DNA from: Gammaproteobacteria bacterium
GTDB taxonomy: Bacteria > Pseudomonadota > Gammaproteobacteria > Steroidobacterales > PWYM01
Reading direction: 5' to 3'
Assembly: GCA_003567855.1 (NCBI GenBank)
Contig: PWYM01000237.1
Span: 5,302 to 69,301 of the forward strand
Length of the DNA: 64,000 nucleotides
Below are positions 1 through 11,291 of this stretch, piece by piece; position 1 is the first letter of the stretch, and the number at the start of each line of letters is the position of its first letter. Position numbers and translations under genes: made by a program. The notes under the pieces are model-generated. The model saw only the letters and a program-made list of their open reading frames with translations. It was not told the origin of the DNA and searched no databases.

Positions 1-2
1 TC

Positions 3-272
3 ATCGACCGCGCCGAGATTCGCAAGCTGTCGATCACCTACGCGGGCGACGAGCAGGTCCGCGCCGCCGGGAGCGACTACGATTCGCTGCGCATCGAGCA
101 CCAGTCGGAGAACTCCAGCCGCAGCACGCGGCTGTGGCTGGCCCGCGAGGAACGCTTCCTGCCAGTGCGTATCGAGCAGCTGCGCCGCGGCAGCACCGAG
201 TGGACCGGCGAGCTGCGCGAGGTGACCTGGGGCGAGGCGCCCTCACAGGCAGCAGCCTCCGCGCGCCGCTAA
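3..272 (+). CDS. C-terminal fragment of a DUF3108-like protein (5' end outside the window)
   Basis: Frame 3 is open from the window edge to TAA at 270-272. The translation ...LRIEHQSENSSRSTRLWLAREERFLPVRIEQLRRGSTEW... resembles the conserved C-terminal block of DUF3108 proteins. It is absent from the ORF track because it has no start codon in the window. Confidence 0.45.
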   Translation: MDRAEIRKLSITYAGDEQVRAAGSDYDSLRIEHQSENSSRSTRLWLAREERFLPVRIEQLRRGSTEWTGELREVTWGEAPSQAAASARR

Positions 273-304
273 GCGCGCGACACGGGGGCAGCGTACTTGG
301 GGTT

Positions 305-3300
305 TTACATGTTGCGGCGGTATTCGCCGCCCACCTCGTAGAGCGCGTGCGAGATCTGCCCGAGCGAACAGGTCTTCACCGCGTCCATCAGTGACTCGAA
401 CACGTTGCCACGCGCGCGGGCGACGCTGCGAAGGCGGTCCAGGGCTTCACGCGCCTCCGCCTCGTGGCACGCCTGGAAGGCCTGCACGGCACGGATCTGG
501 TCTTCCTTCTCATCGTCGGTGGAACGCATCAGCTCCAGCGTGTCGACTTTCTCCTCCTGGCCTTCCTTGGGCAGGTAGGTGTTCACGCCGATGAGCGGCA
601 GGCTGCCGTCGTGCTTCTTCGCCTCATAGTAGAGGCTTTCGTCCTGGATCTTGCCGCGCTGGTACATCGTATCCATTGCGCCGAGTACGCCACCGCGCTC
701 TGAAATGCGTTCGAATTCCTGGTAGACCGCCTCCTCGACGAGATTGGTGAGTTCCTCGACGATGAACGACCCCTGCCACGGGTTCTCGCAGAAGTTGAGC
801 CCCAGTTCGCGATTGATGATCAGCTGGATCGCGACCGCGCGGCGCACCGAAGCCTCGGTAGGCGTGGTGATCGCCTCGTCATAGGCGTTGGTATGCAGGC
901 TGTTGCAATTGTCGAACAGCGCATACAGCGCCTGTAGCGTGGTGCGGATGTCGTTGAAACTGATCTCCTGCGCGTGCAGCGATCGCCCGGAGGTCTGGAT
1001 GTGATATTTCATCATCTGGCTGCGCGCCGAGGCACCATAGCGCTCACGCATCGCACGCGCCCAGATGCGACGCGCGACGCGGCCGATCACGGTGTACTCG
1101 GGGTCCATGCCGTTGGAGAAGAAAAACGACAGGTTCGCCGCGAAGTCGTCGATGTTCATGCCTCGCGACAGGTAGTACTCGACGATCGTGAAGCCATTGG
1201 AGAGCGTGAACGCAAGCTGTGAGATCGGGTTCGCGCCGGCCTCTGCGATGTGGTAGCCGCTGATCGAGATCGAGTAGTAGTTTCGGACCTTGTGCTCGAT
1301 GAAGTGCGCCTGCACGTCGCCCATCATCTTCATCGCGAACTCTGTGGAGAAGATGCAGGTGTTCTGGGCCTGGTCCTCCTTGAGGATGTCAGCCTGCACG
1401 GTGCCGCGCACCTGCGACATCGTCTCTGCGGCGATGCGCGCGTAAGTCTCGGCGTCGACCACCTTGTCGCCGGAAATGCCCAGCAGCCCCAGGCCGAGGC
1501 CGTCGTTACCCTCGGGCAGTTCACCGTTGTAACTCGGCCGCGGCTTGCCTTCGAAATAGGCGTCGACAACCTTCTGCGCCTCGTCCCAGCGGCCCTGCTC
1601 GCGCAGGTACTTCTCGACCTGCTGGTCGATCGCGGTGTTCATGAAAAAAGCCAGAATCATCGGTGCCGGGCCGTTGATCGTCATCGACACTGAAGTCGTC
1701 GGGGCGCACAGGTCGAAACCCGAATAAAGCTTCTTCATGTCGTCGACGGTGGCGATCGATACACCGGAGTTGCCGACCTTGCCGTAGATGTCAGGGCGAT
1801 GGTGCGGGTCTTCGCCGTAGAGGGTCACCGAGTCGAACGCGGTGGACAGCCGCGCCGCGGGTTGGCCCAGCGAGAGATAGTGGAACCTGCGGTTGGTCCG
1901 CTCCGGCGTGCCTTCGCCGGCGAACATGCGCGTCGGGTCCTCGCCGGCGCGCCGGTACGGGTAGACGCCGCCGGTGTAGGGATACCCACCGGGCAGGTTT
2001 TCCATCATCAGGAACTTGAGCAGATCACCCCAGTCGCGGTAGGTTGGCGGTGCGATCTTCGGGATACGCTGGCGGCTCAGGGACTCGCGGTAGTTGTCGC
2101 CGGTGATCTCGCGCCCGCGCACGGTGTAGCTGTAGGTGTCGCTGCGCACGCCCTCGAGGCGTTCCGGCCACTCCTTGAGGAGCTTCAGCGCGTCGGGTGA
2201 CAAAGACTCGAGCGTCTGCTGATAGCGCTGGCGCAGATTGCGCAGCGTCGCGTCGACGTCCTCATCGGAGAGCGCGTCACGCGCGTAGGCCTCTAAAGCC
2301 CCGGGGCGCGCCGGATCCTCGAGTTCACCCAGCACCTCGAAGAAATCCTGCAGCCTGCCGGCGGCGTCGGCCTCGGCGAGGATACCCTCGTTGATGGCAC
2401 GCCCCTGCTCGGCGATTTCGGCCAGGTAGCGCAGGCGGTTGCCGGGAATCATCACCGAGGCCTTCGGTGACTTTTCCGTGGTGTCGATCTCCGGCGTCCA
2501 GCGTTCGGTATCGAGGGACAGGTACTCCGCCATCCGCTGGCAGAGATTCACGAACATCCATGTGGTGCCGGGATCGTTGAACTGGCTTGCGATCGTCGGG
2601 TAGACCGGGACCTGGTCGTTGTCCATGTCGAATGCCAGCCGATTGCGCTTCCACTGCTTGCGCACGTCGCGGAGCGCGTCTTCCGCGCCCTTCTTGTCGA
2701 ACTTGTTCAGCACCACGAGCTGGGCGAAATCGAGCATGTCGATCTTCTCGAGCTGGCTCGCCGCGCCGTAGTCGCTGGTCATCACGTAGACCGGGAAGTC
2801 GACGAGATCGACGATTTCGGTGTCGGACTGGCCGATACCGGCGGTCTCGACGATGATCAGGTCGAACCCGCTCGAGCGCAGGTAAGCGACGCAGTCACCA
2901 AGCACCTCGCTGGTGGCCAGGTGCTGGCGGCGCGTGGCCATGGAGCGCATGAACACGCGCTCCGAGCGCAGCGAATTCATGCGGATGCGGTCACCCAGCA
3001 GCGCGCCGCCGGTGCGCCGGCGAGTAGGGTCGACGGCGAGCACGGCAATTCTCATCTCTGGGAAACAGCTGAGGAATCGGTTCAGCAGTTCGTCGGTGAC
3101 CGAGCTCTTGCCGGCGCCGCCGGTGCCGGTGATGCCGAGCACCGGCACCTTGCCGGCACGCATCTCCCATTCCTTGCGCAGGCGACGCAGGTCGTGCTCG
3201 TCGATGCGGGCCGCCTCGAGCTGCGAGAGCACCGCGGCGATGCCGATCGTGGAGTCGGCCTCGGGATCAAACTCGGCGGGTCTGCGGTCGCGTCGGGCCA

Positions 3301-3754
3301 GCTGCGTGCGTTCGACGAGATCCTCGATCATCGCCTGCAGGCCCATCTTCATCCCGTCATTGGGGTGATAGACGCGCTCTACGCCATACTCGTGAAGTTC
3401 CGCGATCTCGTCGAGCGTAATGGTGCCACCGCCGCCACCGAAGACGCGGATATGCTCCGCGCCGTGCTCGCGCAGCATGTCGACCATGTATTTGAAGTAC
3501 TCCATGTGACCGCCCTGGTACGAGGAGATCGCGATGCCGTCGGCGTCCTCCTGGAGGGCGGCCTGTACGACGTCGGACACGCTCCGGTTGTGCCCCAGGT
3601 GCACCACCTCGGCGCCCTGAGCCTGGATCAGCCGGCGCATGATGTTGATCGCGGCATCGTGGCCGTCGAACAGTGACGCGGCGGTGACGAAGCGCAGCGG
3701 CGCCGCGCTCTTCTGATCACCGGCGCTGGGCAGATCGCTTGCAGCAGTACTCAT
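305..3754 (-). CDS. icmF: Fused isobutyryl-CoA mutase (B12-binding domain + MeaB-like G-protein + mutase domain)
   Basis: 1149 aa. N-terminal B12-binding motif ([13 protein letters not shown]), central GTPase P-loop ([19 protein letters not shown]), and a long C-terminal methylmalonyl-CoA-mutase-like catalytic domain. This architecture is diagnostic of IcmF. Confidence 0.93.
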   Translation of the reverse strand: MSTAASDLPSAGDQKSAAPLRFVTAASLFDGHDAAINIMRRLIQAQGAEVVHLGHNRSVSDVVQAALQEDADGIAISSYQGGHMEYFKYMVDMLREHGAEHIRVFGGGGGTITLDEIAELHEYGVERVYHPNDGMKMGLQAMIEDLVERTQLARRDRRPAEFDPEADSTIGIAAVLSQLEAARIDEHDLRRLRKEWEMRAGKVPVLGITGTGGAGKSSVTDELLNRFLSCFPEMRIAVLAVDPTRRRTGGALLGDRIRMNSLRSERVFMRSMATRRQHLATSEVLGDCVAYLRSSGFDLIIVETAGIGQSDTEIVDLVDFPVYVMTSDYGAASQLEKIDMLDFAQLVVLNKFDKKGAEDALRDVRKQWKRNRLAFDMDNDQVPVYPTIASQFNDPGTTWMFVNLCQRMAEYLSLDTERWTPEIDTTEKSPKASVMIPGNRLRYLAEIAEQGRAINEGILAEADAAGRLQDFFEVLGELEDPARPGALEAYARDALSDEDVDATLRNLRQRYQQTLESLSPDALKLLKEWPERLEGVRSDTYSYTVRGREITGDNYRESLSRQRIPKIAPPTYRDWGDLLKFLMMENLPGGYPYTGGVYPYRRAGEDPTRMFAGEGTPERTNRRFHYLSLGQPAARLSTAFDSVTLYGEDPHHRPDIYGKVGNSGVSIATVDDMKKLYSGFDLCAPTTSVSMTINGPAPMILAFFMNTAIDQQVEKYLREQGRWDEAQKVVDAYFEGKPRPSYNGELPEGNDGLGLGLLGISGDKVVDAETYARIAAETMSQVRGTVQADILKEDQAQNTCIFSTEFAMKMMGDVQAHFIEHKVRNYYSISISGYHIAEAGANPISQLAFTLSNGFTIVEYYLSRGMNIDDFAANLSFFFSNGMDPEYTVIGRVARRIWARAMRERYGASARSQMMKYHIQTSGRSLHAQEISFNDIRTTLQALYALFDNCNSLHTNAYDEAITTPTEASVRRAVAIQLIINRELGLNFCENPWQGSFIVEELTNLVEEAVYQEFERISERGGVLGAMDTMYQRGKIQDESLYYEAKKHDGSLPLIGVNTYLPKEGQEEKVDTLELMRSTDDEKEDQIRAVQAFQACHEAEAREALDRLRSVARARGNVFESLMDAVKTCSLGQISHALYEVGGEYRRNM

Positions 3755-3820
3755 GGCTCACCTCGCGAGACACGGCGCGACGAGCGGGTCGGACCCCGAT
3801 TCTAATCGCCGCAAGAAAAT

Positions 3821-3870
3821 TCTAGTATTGATTAAAATAGGCGAATTGAGTCTACAATACAAGAGTCTAC
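3821..3870. promoter_or_regulatory. AT-rich divergent promoter/operator region between icmF and the TetR gene
   Basis: The only strongly AT-rich patch in this part of the window. It has a 9/10 inverted repeat, TCTAGTATTG (3821-3830) and CAATACAAGA (3855-3864), and a direct repeat GAGTCTAC at 3848-3855 and 3863-3870. Confidence 0.4.
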
Positions 3871-3989
3871 GGGGGCCCGACCCGAACTGCACGGGGGCGA
3901 TATGACGGATATCTGGTCAGTGGCCGACGTCGCGCATCACCGTGCGGCGCTCCCGCCTGCTGGTCCGGCCGCGACCGACGGGTGAGCTG

Positions 3990-4691
3990 ATGACTGGCGA
4001 AGACAACTGGCATTTCGACCGTGACACGCGCTTCAGTCTCAAGCGTGATCGCCTGCTGCGCGCCGCCGCCGAGTGTTTCAACCGCAAGGGCTACAGCGGC
4101 ACTTCGCTCAAGGATGTCGCACAGCGGCTGGGGCTCACCGACGCGGCGCTTTACTATTATGTGCGCAGCAAGGAAGAGCTCGTCTACCGTTGCTATCTGC
4201 GTGCGGCCCAGGTCGGCGCCGAGGCCATGGCGCGCGGGCGTGAAGAAGGCGATAGCGGGCTCGACAAGGCGTTGCGCTATCTCGGTCATCACATCGACGC
4301 GATGTGCGGCGACGAGGGACCGATGGCGATCATGAGCGAAATCCCCTCCCTCAGCGACGCGCACAAGGCCGACATCCTCAAGCGCTCGCGCGAACACAGC
4401 CTCGACTTCGAGGCGCTGCTGGCTGAGGGCATCAACGACGGCAGCATCGCACCGTGTGACGTGCGCATGACGGGTAACGCGATCATGGGGGCGATCAACT
4501 GGATCCCGAAGTGGTACCGGCCCGATGGCTCGGCACAACGCGAGCAGATCCGAACCCAGTTCATCGACTTCTTCCGGCGAGGCCTCGCGCCGTCCGACCC
4601 GGCGCTTGCGGCCGATGCCGCACCGGTCAGCGATATCGCGGACCCGGCCGCCGGCCCGGTAGCCGGGCGCAGTTCCGCCGCGCGCAGCTGA
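3990..4691 (+). CDS. TetR family transcriptional regulator
   Basis: N-terminal TetR HTH ([46 protein letters not shown]). ATG at 3990 is preferred over the GTG at 3942 used by the track, because it puts the HTH about 20 aa from the N-terminus and GGTGAG lies upstream. Confidence 0.85.
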   Translation: MTGEDNWHFDRDTRFSLKRDRLLRAAAECFNRKGYSGTSLKDVAQRLGLTDAALYYYVRSKEELVYRCYLRAAQVGAEAMARGREEGDSGLDKALRYLGHHIDAMCGDEGPMAIMSEIPSLSDAHKADILKRSREHSLDFEALLAEGINDGSIAPCDVRMTGNAIMGAINWIPKWYRPDGSAQREQIRTQFIDFFRRGLAPSDPALAADAAPVSDIADPAAGPVAGRSSAARS

Positions 4692-4866
4692 TCGCCCGCC
4701 AGGCGTTGGGACCGGCCACGACGGTTCAGACCAGGCCCCGCCGGGTGAAAACACGGGCCCGGCCCGGTATGATGCGCTGCACAATCCGGCCCGGAGCCGC
4801 TCCGGCCGGGGCGCCGAACCGGGCGTGCAAACACCACTGACCCAACCGAGGAAGGAACCACCACCC

Positions 4867-5628
4867 ATGGACCTGAAACAGAAGACCGTGGTCATCACGG
4901 GCGCCGGGCGCGGCCTCGGTGCCGCAATGGCACAGGATCTCGCGGGGCGCGGCGCAAACATCGCGCTCGTCGACGTCGACCGGGAAGCCCTCGACAAGAC
5001 CCGCGGCGAGTGCGAAAAGCACGGTGTCACCGCGCGCGGTTATGTCGTCAACGTCGCCCGCGAGGACGAGGTCGTGAAGCTGTTCGACGACGTCGTCAGC
5101 GACTTCGGCGGTCTCGACGCACTGGTGAACAACGCCGGTATCCTCCGTGACGGCCTCCTGGTGAAGGCCAAGAACGGTGAAATCTCCGGCAAGATGTCGC
5201 TGCAGCACTGGCAGCAGGTCATCGACGTGAACCTGACCGGCGTGTTCCTGTGCGGGCGCGAGGCTGCTGAGCGCATGATCAAGCTCCAGAGCAAGGGCGT
5301 GATCATCAACATTTCCAGTATTTCCCGCGTCGGCAACATGGGCCAGACCAACTATTCGGCGGCGAAGGCGGGCGTGCAGGCCATGGCCGTGGTGTGGGCA
5401 AAGGAGCTCGCGCGCTACGGCATACGCGCGGCATCGATCGCGCCCGGCTTCGTGAATACCGAGATGGTCGCCAGCATGAAGCCTGAAGCGCTGGACAAGA
5501 TGAAGTCGATGATTCCGCTGCGCCGCATGGCCGAGCCGGCAGAAATCGCGCATACCGTTGCGTTCATTCTCGAGAACGACTTCGTGAGCGGCCGCTGCAT
5601 CGAGGTCGACGGCGCGATGCGACTCTAG
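4867..5628 (+). CDS. SDR family oxidoreductase (FabG-like 3-oxoacyl reductase)
   Basis: TGxxxGxG motif ([14 protein letters not shown]), NNAG, catalytic YSAAKAG. ATG at 4867 is preceded by GAGGAAGG. Confidence 0.88.
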   Translation: MDLKQKTVVITGAGRGLGAAMAQDLAGRGANIALVDVDREALDKTRGECEKHGVTARGYVVNVAREDEVVKLFDDVVSDFGGLDALVNNAGILRDGLLVKAKNGEISGKMSLQHWQQVIDVNLTGVFLCGREAAERMIKLQSKGVIINISSISRVGNMGQTNYSAAKAGVQAMAVVWAKELARYGIRAASIAPGFVNTEMVASMKPEALDKMKSMIPLRRMAEPAEIAHTVAFILENDFVSGRCIEVDGAMRL

Positions 5629-5643
5629 GTCGCCCGGGGCGCG

Positions 5644-5691
5644 GCCAGCCACCCCCGTAACGCCCACGTGGCGTGGGGGGGGGTGGCCGGC
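5644..5691. terminator. Long imperfect GC hairpin between convergent genes (candidate bidirectional terminator)
   Basis: GCCAGCCACCCCC ... GGGGGTGGCCGGC outer arms (one mismatch) with an inner ACGCC/GGCGT stem. It lies between the SDR stop (5628) and the HD-GYP stop (5691). There is no U-tract. Confidence 0.35.
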
Positions 5692-6848
5692 TAGTCGCCG
5701 AGCTCGTGCTCGACGTTGCTGACGGCGCCGGGCATCGCCTCAACCACTTGCCGGCGAAGCGCTTCGAGCCGCTCCCATTCGGCCAGTCCGCGAACCGCAG
5801 CCAGTCCACCGGCGTCGCGCGCGATACGCGCCACGGCTTCCCGGATCATGAACTTGATCTGGACGAGCGCCTCGGCGATGACCACCGAAATCTCGGTACA
5901 AAGCGCTTGATCCTCGCGAACGACGTCGAGCACCGCCTCCGGCGCACCCGGGTCGATGCCGATTGAAATCAGCCCGCGGCGGAGCGCGGCAACCTGTACC
6001 GCGAGCCACCCTTCGCCGGCTTCAGCCGTGCCGTCGCCGGGAAGCTGCAGCGCCGCGAGCGACAGCATCCATTCCTCGATGTCGCGCAGCCGCGCCGCGA
6101 TCGCTGCGGGCTCGAATTTATCGACGTCCGGGCGCGGACCGTGCTCGGCGAACAGTGTGGTGACCCAAGTCAACGTGCGCAGGTGGTACTTGCCCCGCTG
6201 GAGGCGCAACTTTACCGGAAGCTGCGCAGCCAGCCCCTTGTCGATAATGCCGACCACGGTCTCGGCAAGCGCCAGCAGCTGCCCGGAGACGCTGATCCGG
6301 GACTCGACCAGGCCAGCCGGATACCCCGACCCGTCGAGGCGCTCATGGTGTTCACGCACCGCGCGTGCGACCTCGGGCGGGACCCCTTCGACGTTGCTGA
6401 GAATCAGGTGCGACACGACCGGGTGGGAGCGCAGCTGGTAAAGGCCGGTCGTGTCGAGTTCGCCTTCAGCCACCGTGGCCAGCGCCTCGACCTTGAGATG
6501 GCCGAGGTCGTGGAACAGTCCGGCCATCGCCAGCGCCTGGCGCTTGCGCCAGTCCAGCTGGTTTAGTGCACCGAATGCCGACGCGACGAGCGCCACGCGC
6601 AGCGAATGCTGGTAGAGCGCCGGCGTGGCCTCACGCATGTGGTTGAGCCAATGCGGCAGCCCACCCGGCAACTCGAGCTCGGCCAGCGGTCTGAAAGGAG
6701 AATCGGCGCCTGCAGGGCTGCCCGCGACGATCAGCGCGATACAGGCGTCGGCGCTGCGCTGCATCCTCGCATCTTCGATCAGCTGCTCCTGGGAAACGGG
6801 CAACGTCATCGGCAAGGCATTGATCCTGGAAAGTGAGGTGCCGCTCAT
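5691..6848 (-). CDS. HD-GYP domain protein (putative c-di-GMP phosphodiesterase)
   Basis: HD motif (LFHDLGHLK) and HHERLDGSGYPAGL (the GYP signature). About 150 C-terminal residues have no motif I recognise. Confidence 0.8.
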   Translation of the reverse strand: MSGTSLSRINALPMTLPVSQEQLIEDARMQRSADACIALIVAGSPAGADSPFRPLAELELPGGLPHWLNHMREATPALYQHSLRVALVASAFGALNQLDWRKRQALAMAGLFHDLGHLKVEALATVAEGELDTTGLYQLRSHPVVSHLILSNVEGVPPEVARAVREHHERLDGSGYPAGLVESRISVSGQLLALAETVVGIIDKGLAAQLPVKLRLQRGKYHLRTLTWVTTLFAEHGPRPDVDKFEPAAIAARLRDIEEWMLSLAALQLPGDGTAEAGEGWLAVQVAALRRGLISIGIDPGAPEAVLDVVREDQALCTEISVVIAEALVQIKFMIREAVARIARDAGGLAAVRGLAEWERLEALRRQVVEAMPGAVSNVEHELGD

Positions 6849-6910
6849 TCGGACCCTGACTCCTCGTTCGAAATTGACAGGCTATCGCAGCGCCTTGCGA
6901 CACGGCCCCG

Positions 6911-8410
6911 TTGGAGGGTCATCGGCCGAAGCCGCCGATCCTTGAGCGCCGGGGCTGCTACCATCAGGGCTGTCCACTCCATGGAGTTCCCGCCATAGAC
7001 AGCAACTGGTTCCTGGTGCTGGTGCACGGGGTACTCGCGCCGGGCACCGCCCTGCACGCGATGCTCTACAAACGTGACTCGCGGGCGGCCTTCGGCTGGA
7101 TCGCCGTCTGCGTGATACTCCCGCTGCTCGGGCCCGTGCTCTACCTGCTGTTCGGCATCAACCGGGTACGCACCCGCGCGGCCCACATCCGCAGCCCGTC
7201 GTTCACCCCTGGATACGAGCGTGGCGACGCGCACCTGCAGCGACATCCATTGCCCCCCAGCCTGGAGCCCGAGTACGAACCGCTCGCGCGTGTCGGCGCC
7301 GGGCTCAGCCGTCATCCGCTGCTGGCTGGCAACACGGTATTGCCCCTTCACGACGGTGAGGGCGCCTATCCACAGATGCTCGACGCGATCGACAACGCCC
7401 GTGAACGGGTCTTGCTCAACAGCTACATTTTCGACAGCGACTCCAGCGGCCGCCGTTTTGTCGACGCATTTGCGGCAGCTGCCGCGCGTGGCGTGGAAGT
7501 CCGGGTACTCGTCGACGGACTCGGGGAATTCTACTCGCGGCCCCGCATCAGCCGTCTGCTGCGACGCAGCGACGTGACCTGCGCACGCTTCCTGCCGCTG
7601 CGCGTGTTTCCGCCATCGCTGCATGTGAACCTGCGCAGCCATCACAAGCTGCTGATCTGCGACAACACGGTTGGCTTCACGGGCGGCATGAACATCGGCG
7701 ACCGACACCTGGTGCAAAGCGCCGACGGTCACCGCGTACGTGACATGCACTTCAGTTTCCGCGGGCCTCTCGTGGCTCAGCTCGAGCAGACATTCATCGA
7801 CAGCTGGCACTTCGCCAGCGGCGAACGCCTGTCTCCCGGGCCACCGCCGACCGAGGCCGGCGCGGTGCGCTGCCGCGTGATCACCGACGGCCCCGACGAA
7901 GACCTCGACCGCCTCACCATGCTGCTCGTATCGGCAATCTCGCTCGCACGCGATCGCATCCTGATCATGACGCCGTATTTCCTGCCGCCACGGGAGATCA
8001 TCGCGGCCCTGCAGGCCGCTGCGGTGCGCGGCGTCGAAGTGGTGATCGTGCTGCCGGAAGAAAACAACCTGCCGTTCGTGCACTGGGCCACCCGCAACAT
8101 GCTCTGGGAGGTGCTGATGCGCGGGGTTCGTGTGATCTACCAGCCACCACCCTTCGCGCACACGAAACTGTTCGTCGTTGACGACGCCTACACGCTGGTA
8201 GGGTCGGCGAACTGGGATGCCCGCAGCCTGCGGCTGAACTTCGAACTTGTCGTTGAAATCTACGGCCAGGACTTTGCCGCAGCGATGGCCACGCACGTGA
8301 TGGCCGCCGTGGAGGCCGGCAGGCCCGTCGACCTCCAACAGCTCGACTCGCGCGCACTGCCTGCACGGCTGCGCGACAGCATCTGCTGGCTGTTCACGCC
8401 GTACCTCTGA
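6911..8410 (+). CDS. cls: Cardiolipin synthase (PLD superfamily, two HKD motifs)
   Basis: HHKLLICDNTVGFTGGMNIGD and HTKLFVVDDAYTLVGSANWDARS (two HKD motifs). The N-terminal hydrophobic segments followed by LYKRD...FGWIAVCVILPLLGPVLYLLFG are typical of Cls. The start is uncertain: position 6911 is TTG, and in-frame GTGs occur near 7015-7021. Confidence 0.85.
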   Translation: MEGHRPKPPILERRGCYHQGCPLHGVPAIDSNWFLVLVHGVLAPGTALHAMLYKRDSRAAFGWIAVCVILPLLGPVLYLLFGINRVRTRAAHIRSPSFTPGYERGDAHLQRHPLPPSLEPEYEPLARVGAGLSRHPLLAGNTVLPLHDGEGAYPQMLDAIDNARERVLLNSYIFDSDSSGRRFVDAFAAAAARGVEVRVLVDGLGEFYSRPRISRLLRRSDVTCARFLPLRVFPPSLHVNLRSHHKLLICDNTVGFTGGMNIGDRHLVQSADGHRVRDMHFSFRGPLVAQLEQTFIDSWHFASGERLSPGPPPTEAGAVRCRVITDGPDEDLDRLTMLLVSAISLARDRILIMTPYFLPPREIIAALQAAAVRGVEVVIVLPEENNLPFVHWATRNMLWEVLMRGVRVIYQPPPFAHTKLFVVDDAYTLVGSANWDARSLRLNFELVVEIYGQDFAAAMATHVMAAVEAGRPVDLQQLDSRALPARLRDSICWLFTPYL

Positions 8411-8438
8411 TGCGGCCACGGCCGCGCATGACCGGCTA

Positions 8439-9209
8439 TCAGCGTGGCTGCATCCGGATGGCACCGTCCAGGCGGATCACGCTGCCGTTGAGATACGCGT
8501 TCTCGAAGATCTGCAGCACCAGTCGCGCATACTCCTCGGGCAGACCCAGGCGCTTCGGAAACTGCACCATGTCGATCAGCGGGCCGCGCACCTTGTCGGG
8601 CAGGCCGGCCATCATCGGTGTCTCCATCAGGCCTGGCGCGATGGTCATCACCCGGATGCCCAGTGACGCGAGATCCCGTGCCGCCGGCAGGGTCAGGCCA
8701 CAGATGCCGGCCTTGGACGCGCTGTACGCAACCTGGCCGACCTGCCCTTCGTAGGCTGCCACCGACGCGGTGTTGACGATGACGCCGCGCTCGCCCGCCT
8801 CGCCGACGGGCTCGTTACGCTCCATTTCGCGCGCCGCCAGCCGTGCAACGTTGACGGTACCGACGAGGTTCACGTTGATCACGCGCGTGAAGTCGTCGAG
8901 CGCCATGGGGCCATCGCGCCCGAGCAGTTTCGCGCCGGAGCCTATGCCTGCACAGTTCACGCACAGGTGCAGCGCACCGAACCGCTCGCGGACCACGTCG
9001 AGCGCCGCGTTCACCGACGACTCGGAGGTCACGTCGCCGGCGACAAACGCGGCGTGGGCACCGAGTGCCTCAGCCGCCGCCGTGCCCTCTGCTTCGTCAC
9101 GATCGAACAGCACTACGCGCGCGCCCGCCTCGACCAGCGCCTCGGCCGTGGCGCGGCCGAGTCCGGACGCGCCACCGGTCACCAGGGCAACTGCATTCTC
9201 GATCTGCAT
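8439..9209 (-). CDS. SDR family 3-hydroxyacyl-CoA dehydrogenase (type-2 / 3-hydroxy-2-methylbutyryl-CoA dehydrogenase-like)
   Basis: VTGGASGLGRATAEAL, catalytic YSASKAGI, and the C-terminal LNGSVIRLDGAIRM typical of HSD10-like enzymes. It is the last gene of the beta-oxidation operon. Confidence 0.8.
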   Translation of the reverse strand: MQIENAVALVTGGASGLGRATAEALVEAGARVVLFDRDEAEGTAAAEALGAHAAFVAGDVTSESSVNAALDVVRERFGALHLCVNCAGIGSGAKLLGRDGPMALDDFTRVINVNLVGTVNVARLAAREMERNEPVGEAGERGVIVNTASVAAYEGQVGQVAYSASKAGICGLTLPAARDLASLGIRVMTIAPGLMETPMMAGLPDKVRGPLIDMVQFPKRLGLPEEYARLVLQIFENAYLNGSVIRLDGAIRMQPR

Positions 9210-9220
9210 GTTCGGCCTCC

Positions 9221-10450
9221 TCAGCCCGTACCGGTGGGACGCGAGGCCGACCGCGCCGGTGCCTCGCCACCGGACGCGTCGCGCCTGTCACCGCGCTCGC
9301 GCTTCCTCGGATCGAGGCCCATCGAGCGCGCGATGATCTCGCGCATGATCTCCGAACTGCCGGCGTAGATGCGCGAGATGCGCGCATTCACGAACAGGCG
9401 CGAGATCTCGTACTCGTCCATGTAACCGGCGCCACCGTGCAACTGCACGCATTCGTCGACCACGCGCCCTTCAAGTTCTGACGTGAACAGCTTGGCGCGG
9501 GCGGCAGTCTCGGCGGTCAGCTTGCCCTCGTTGTGTTCGATCACGCACTGGTCGACGAAGGCCTGAGCGACGTCGATCTGGGTGCGCAGGTCGGCGAGCT
9601 TGAAGCGCGTGTTCTGGAAGTCGGCGATGCGCTGCCCGAAGGCCTTGCGCTCCTGCACGTACTCGAGCGTGATCTCGAGCGCGTGCTCGGCCGCCGCCAC
9701 GTACTGGCACGCGCCGATCAGGCGCTCCTCGGCGAGAAACTGCATCAGGTAGTAAAACCCCCGCGTCGGGTCGCCGAGTACGTTTTCCTTCGGAATGCGC
9801 ACGTCGTTGAAAAAAAGCTCCGCGGTGTCCTGCGACTTCAGACCCATCTTCTTCAGGTTCCGGCCGCGTTCGAAACCCTCCATGCCGCGCTCGACGAGGA
9901 ACAGGCCGAGGCCGTGCGGCTTGTCGGGCACGGTGCGGGCGGCGACGACGAACACGTCACCATTGATGCCGTTGGAGATGTAGGTCTTCGAGCCGTTGAG
10001 CAGCCAGTGGTCTCCCCGGTCTTCGGCGCGCGAGCGGATCCCGGCGACGTCACTGCCGGCGCCGGGCTCGGTCATCGCCACGCCGAGTATGCTTCGCCCG
10101 GCGGCCATGTCGGGCAGAAAACGCGCCTTCTGGGCGTCGGTGCCGAGCTTGCCGATGTAAGGACCGACCAGCCGACTGTGCAGCGTCGCATAGAACCCGG
10201 GATCACCATGACGCGCCGCCTCCTCGATGAAGACCTGCTCGTAGCGAAAATCCTCGAGCCCCTGCCCGCCATGCTGCTCATCGGCCCACATCATGAGCAG
10301 ACCATGCTCGCCGGCTTTCTCGAAGGCCCAACGGTCGACGATGCCCTGGTCGTGCCAGCGGTCGCGATGTGGCTTGATCTCGTTGGCGAGAAAAGCGCGT
10401 ACCGAATCGCGGAACATCTCGTGTTCCATGTCGAAAATTCTGCGTGCCAT
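9221..10450 (-). CDS. Acyl-CoA dehydrogenase (LCAD/IVD-type)
   Basis: Full ACAD fold, with C-terminal RIYAGSSEIMREIIARS. It carries an unusual 35-aa Arg/Gly/Ser-rich tail after the conserved end. Confidence 0.9.
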   Translation of the reverse strand: MARRIFDMEHEMFRDSVRAFLANEIKPHRDRWHDQGIVDRWAFEKAGEHGLLMMWADEQHGGQGLEDFRYEQVFIEEAARHGDPGFYATLHSRLVGPYIGKLGTDAQKARFLPDMAAGRSILGVAMTEPGAGSDVAGIRSRAEDRGDHWLLNGSKTYISNGINGDVFVVAARTVPDKPHGLGLFLVERGMEGFERGRNLKKMGLKSQDTAELFFNDVRIPKENVLGDPTRGFYYLMQFLAEERLIGACQYVAAAEHALEITLEYVQERKAFGQRIADFQNTRFKLADLRTQIDVAQAFVDQCVIEHNEGKLTAETAARAKLFTSELEGRVVDECVQLHGGAGYMDEYEISRLFVNARISRIYAGSSEIMREIIARSMGLDPRKRERGDRRDASGGEAPARSASRPTGTG

Positions 10451-10497
10451 TGCGGACTCCCTCGCGCACTGCGTGCGCGTACGTGGGTGGGCGCCGA

Positions 10498-11280
10498 TCA
10501 GCGGCCGGTAAACTTCGGTTTGCGCTTCTCCAGAAACGCGCTCACGCCTTCTTTACAGTCTTCGCTGTCGATGCATTCGGACTGCAGTTCGGCCTCGAAA
10601 TCGATGCTGTCGGCAAAATCCAGTGATGCAGCACGACGCATGGCCTTCTTCGTGAGCCCCAGTGCGCGCGGCGCGCGCTCGCTGAGCGAATGTGCCCACT
10701 CGAGCGCCTCGTCGCGCACACGGTCATCGGCCACGACGCGATTGACGAGCCCGGTCTCGAGGCAGACCTGCGCAGACACGCGCTCGTTTTCCACCGCGAC
10801 CTGGAACGCCCGCCCGTACCCGAGCGCACGCGGCAGCAGCCACGTCGCACCGCCATCGGGAATCAGCCCGATGTTGGAAAAGGGTGACAGCAGAAACGCC
10901 CCCTCACCCATCACCGACAGGTCCGCAGCGAGTGCAAAAGAAAGCCCGATGCCGGCGGCCGAACCGTGTATGGCGCTGATCACGGGCTTTTCCATGTCGG
11001 CGATCGCCACCAGTCCCGGACGATACTCCTCACGCAGCTGCTTGCGCACCTGGTTGCCGTCGGGAAACCCCGCCTTGAGGTCTGCGCCTGCGCTGAAAAC
11101 CCGGCCGTTGCCGGCGAGCACGACGGCGCGCACCGCAGGGTCACTGCCGGCACGCTGCAGCGCTTCGGCGAGTTCCGCGCGCAGGTCTGCATTGAAGGCA
11201 TTCATCGCGTCCGGCCTGTTGAGTACCACCAGCGCCACGGGCCCATCGGTGATGTAATCAACCGTGCTGTAGTCAACCAT
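10498..11280 (-). CDS. Enoyl-CoA hydratase/isomerase family protein
   Basis: Crotonase motif VLAGNGRVFSAGADLK. The start is trimmed to the ATG at 11280 (MVDYSTVDYITDGPVALVVLNRP), 11 nt downstream of the upstream gene's stop. The track ORF start at 11412 would overlap that gene. Confidence 0.88.
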   Translation of the reverse strand: MVDYSTVDYITDGPVALVVLNRPDAMNAFNADLRAELAEALQRAGSDPAVRAVVLAGNGRVFSAGADLKAGFPDGNQVRKQLREEYRPGLVAIADMEKPVISAIHGSAAGIGLSFALAADLSVMGEGAFLLSPFSNIGLIPDGGATWLLPRALGYGRAFQVAVENERVSAQVCLETGLVNRVVADDRVRDEALEWAHSLSERAPRALGLTKKAMRRAASLDFADSIDFEAELQSECIDSEDCKEGVSAFLEKRKPKFTGR

Positions 11281-11291
11281 CGATGCGCTCC

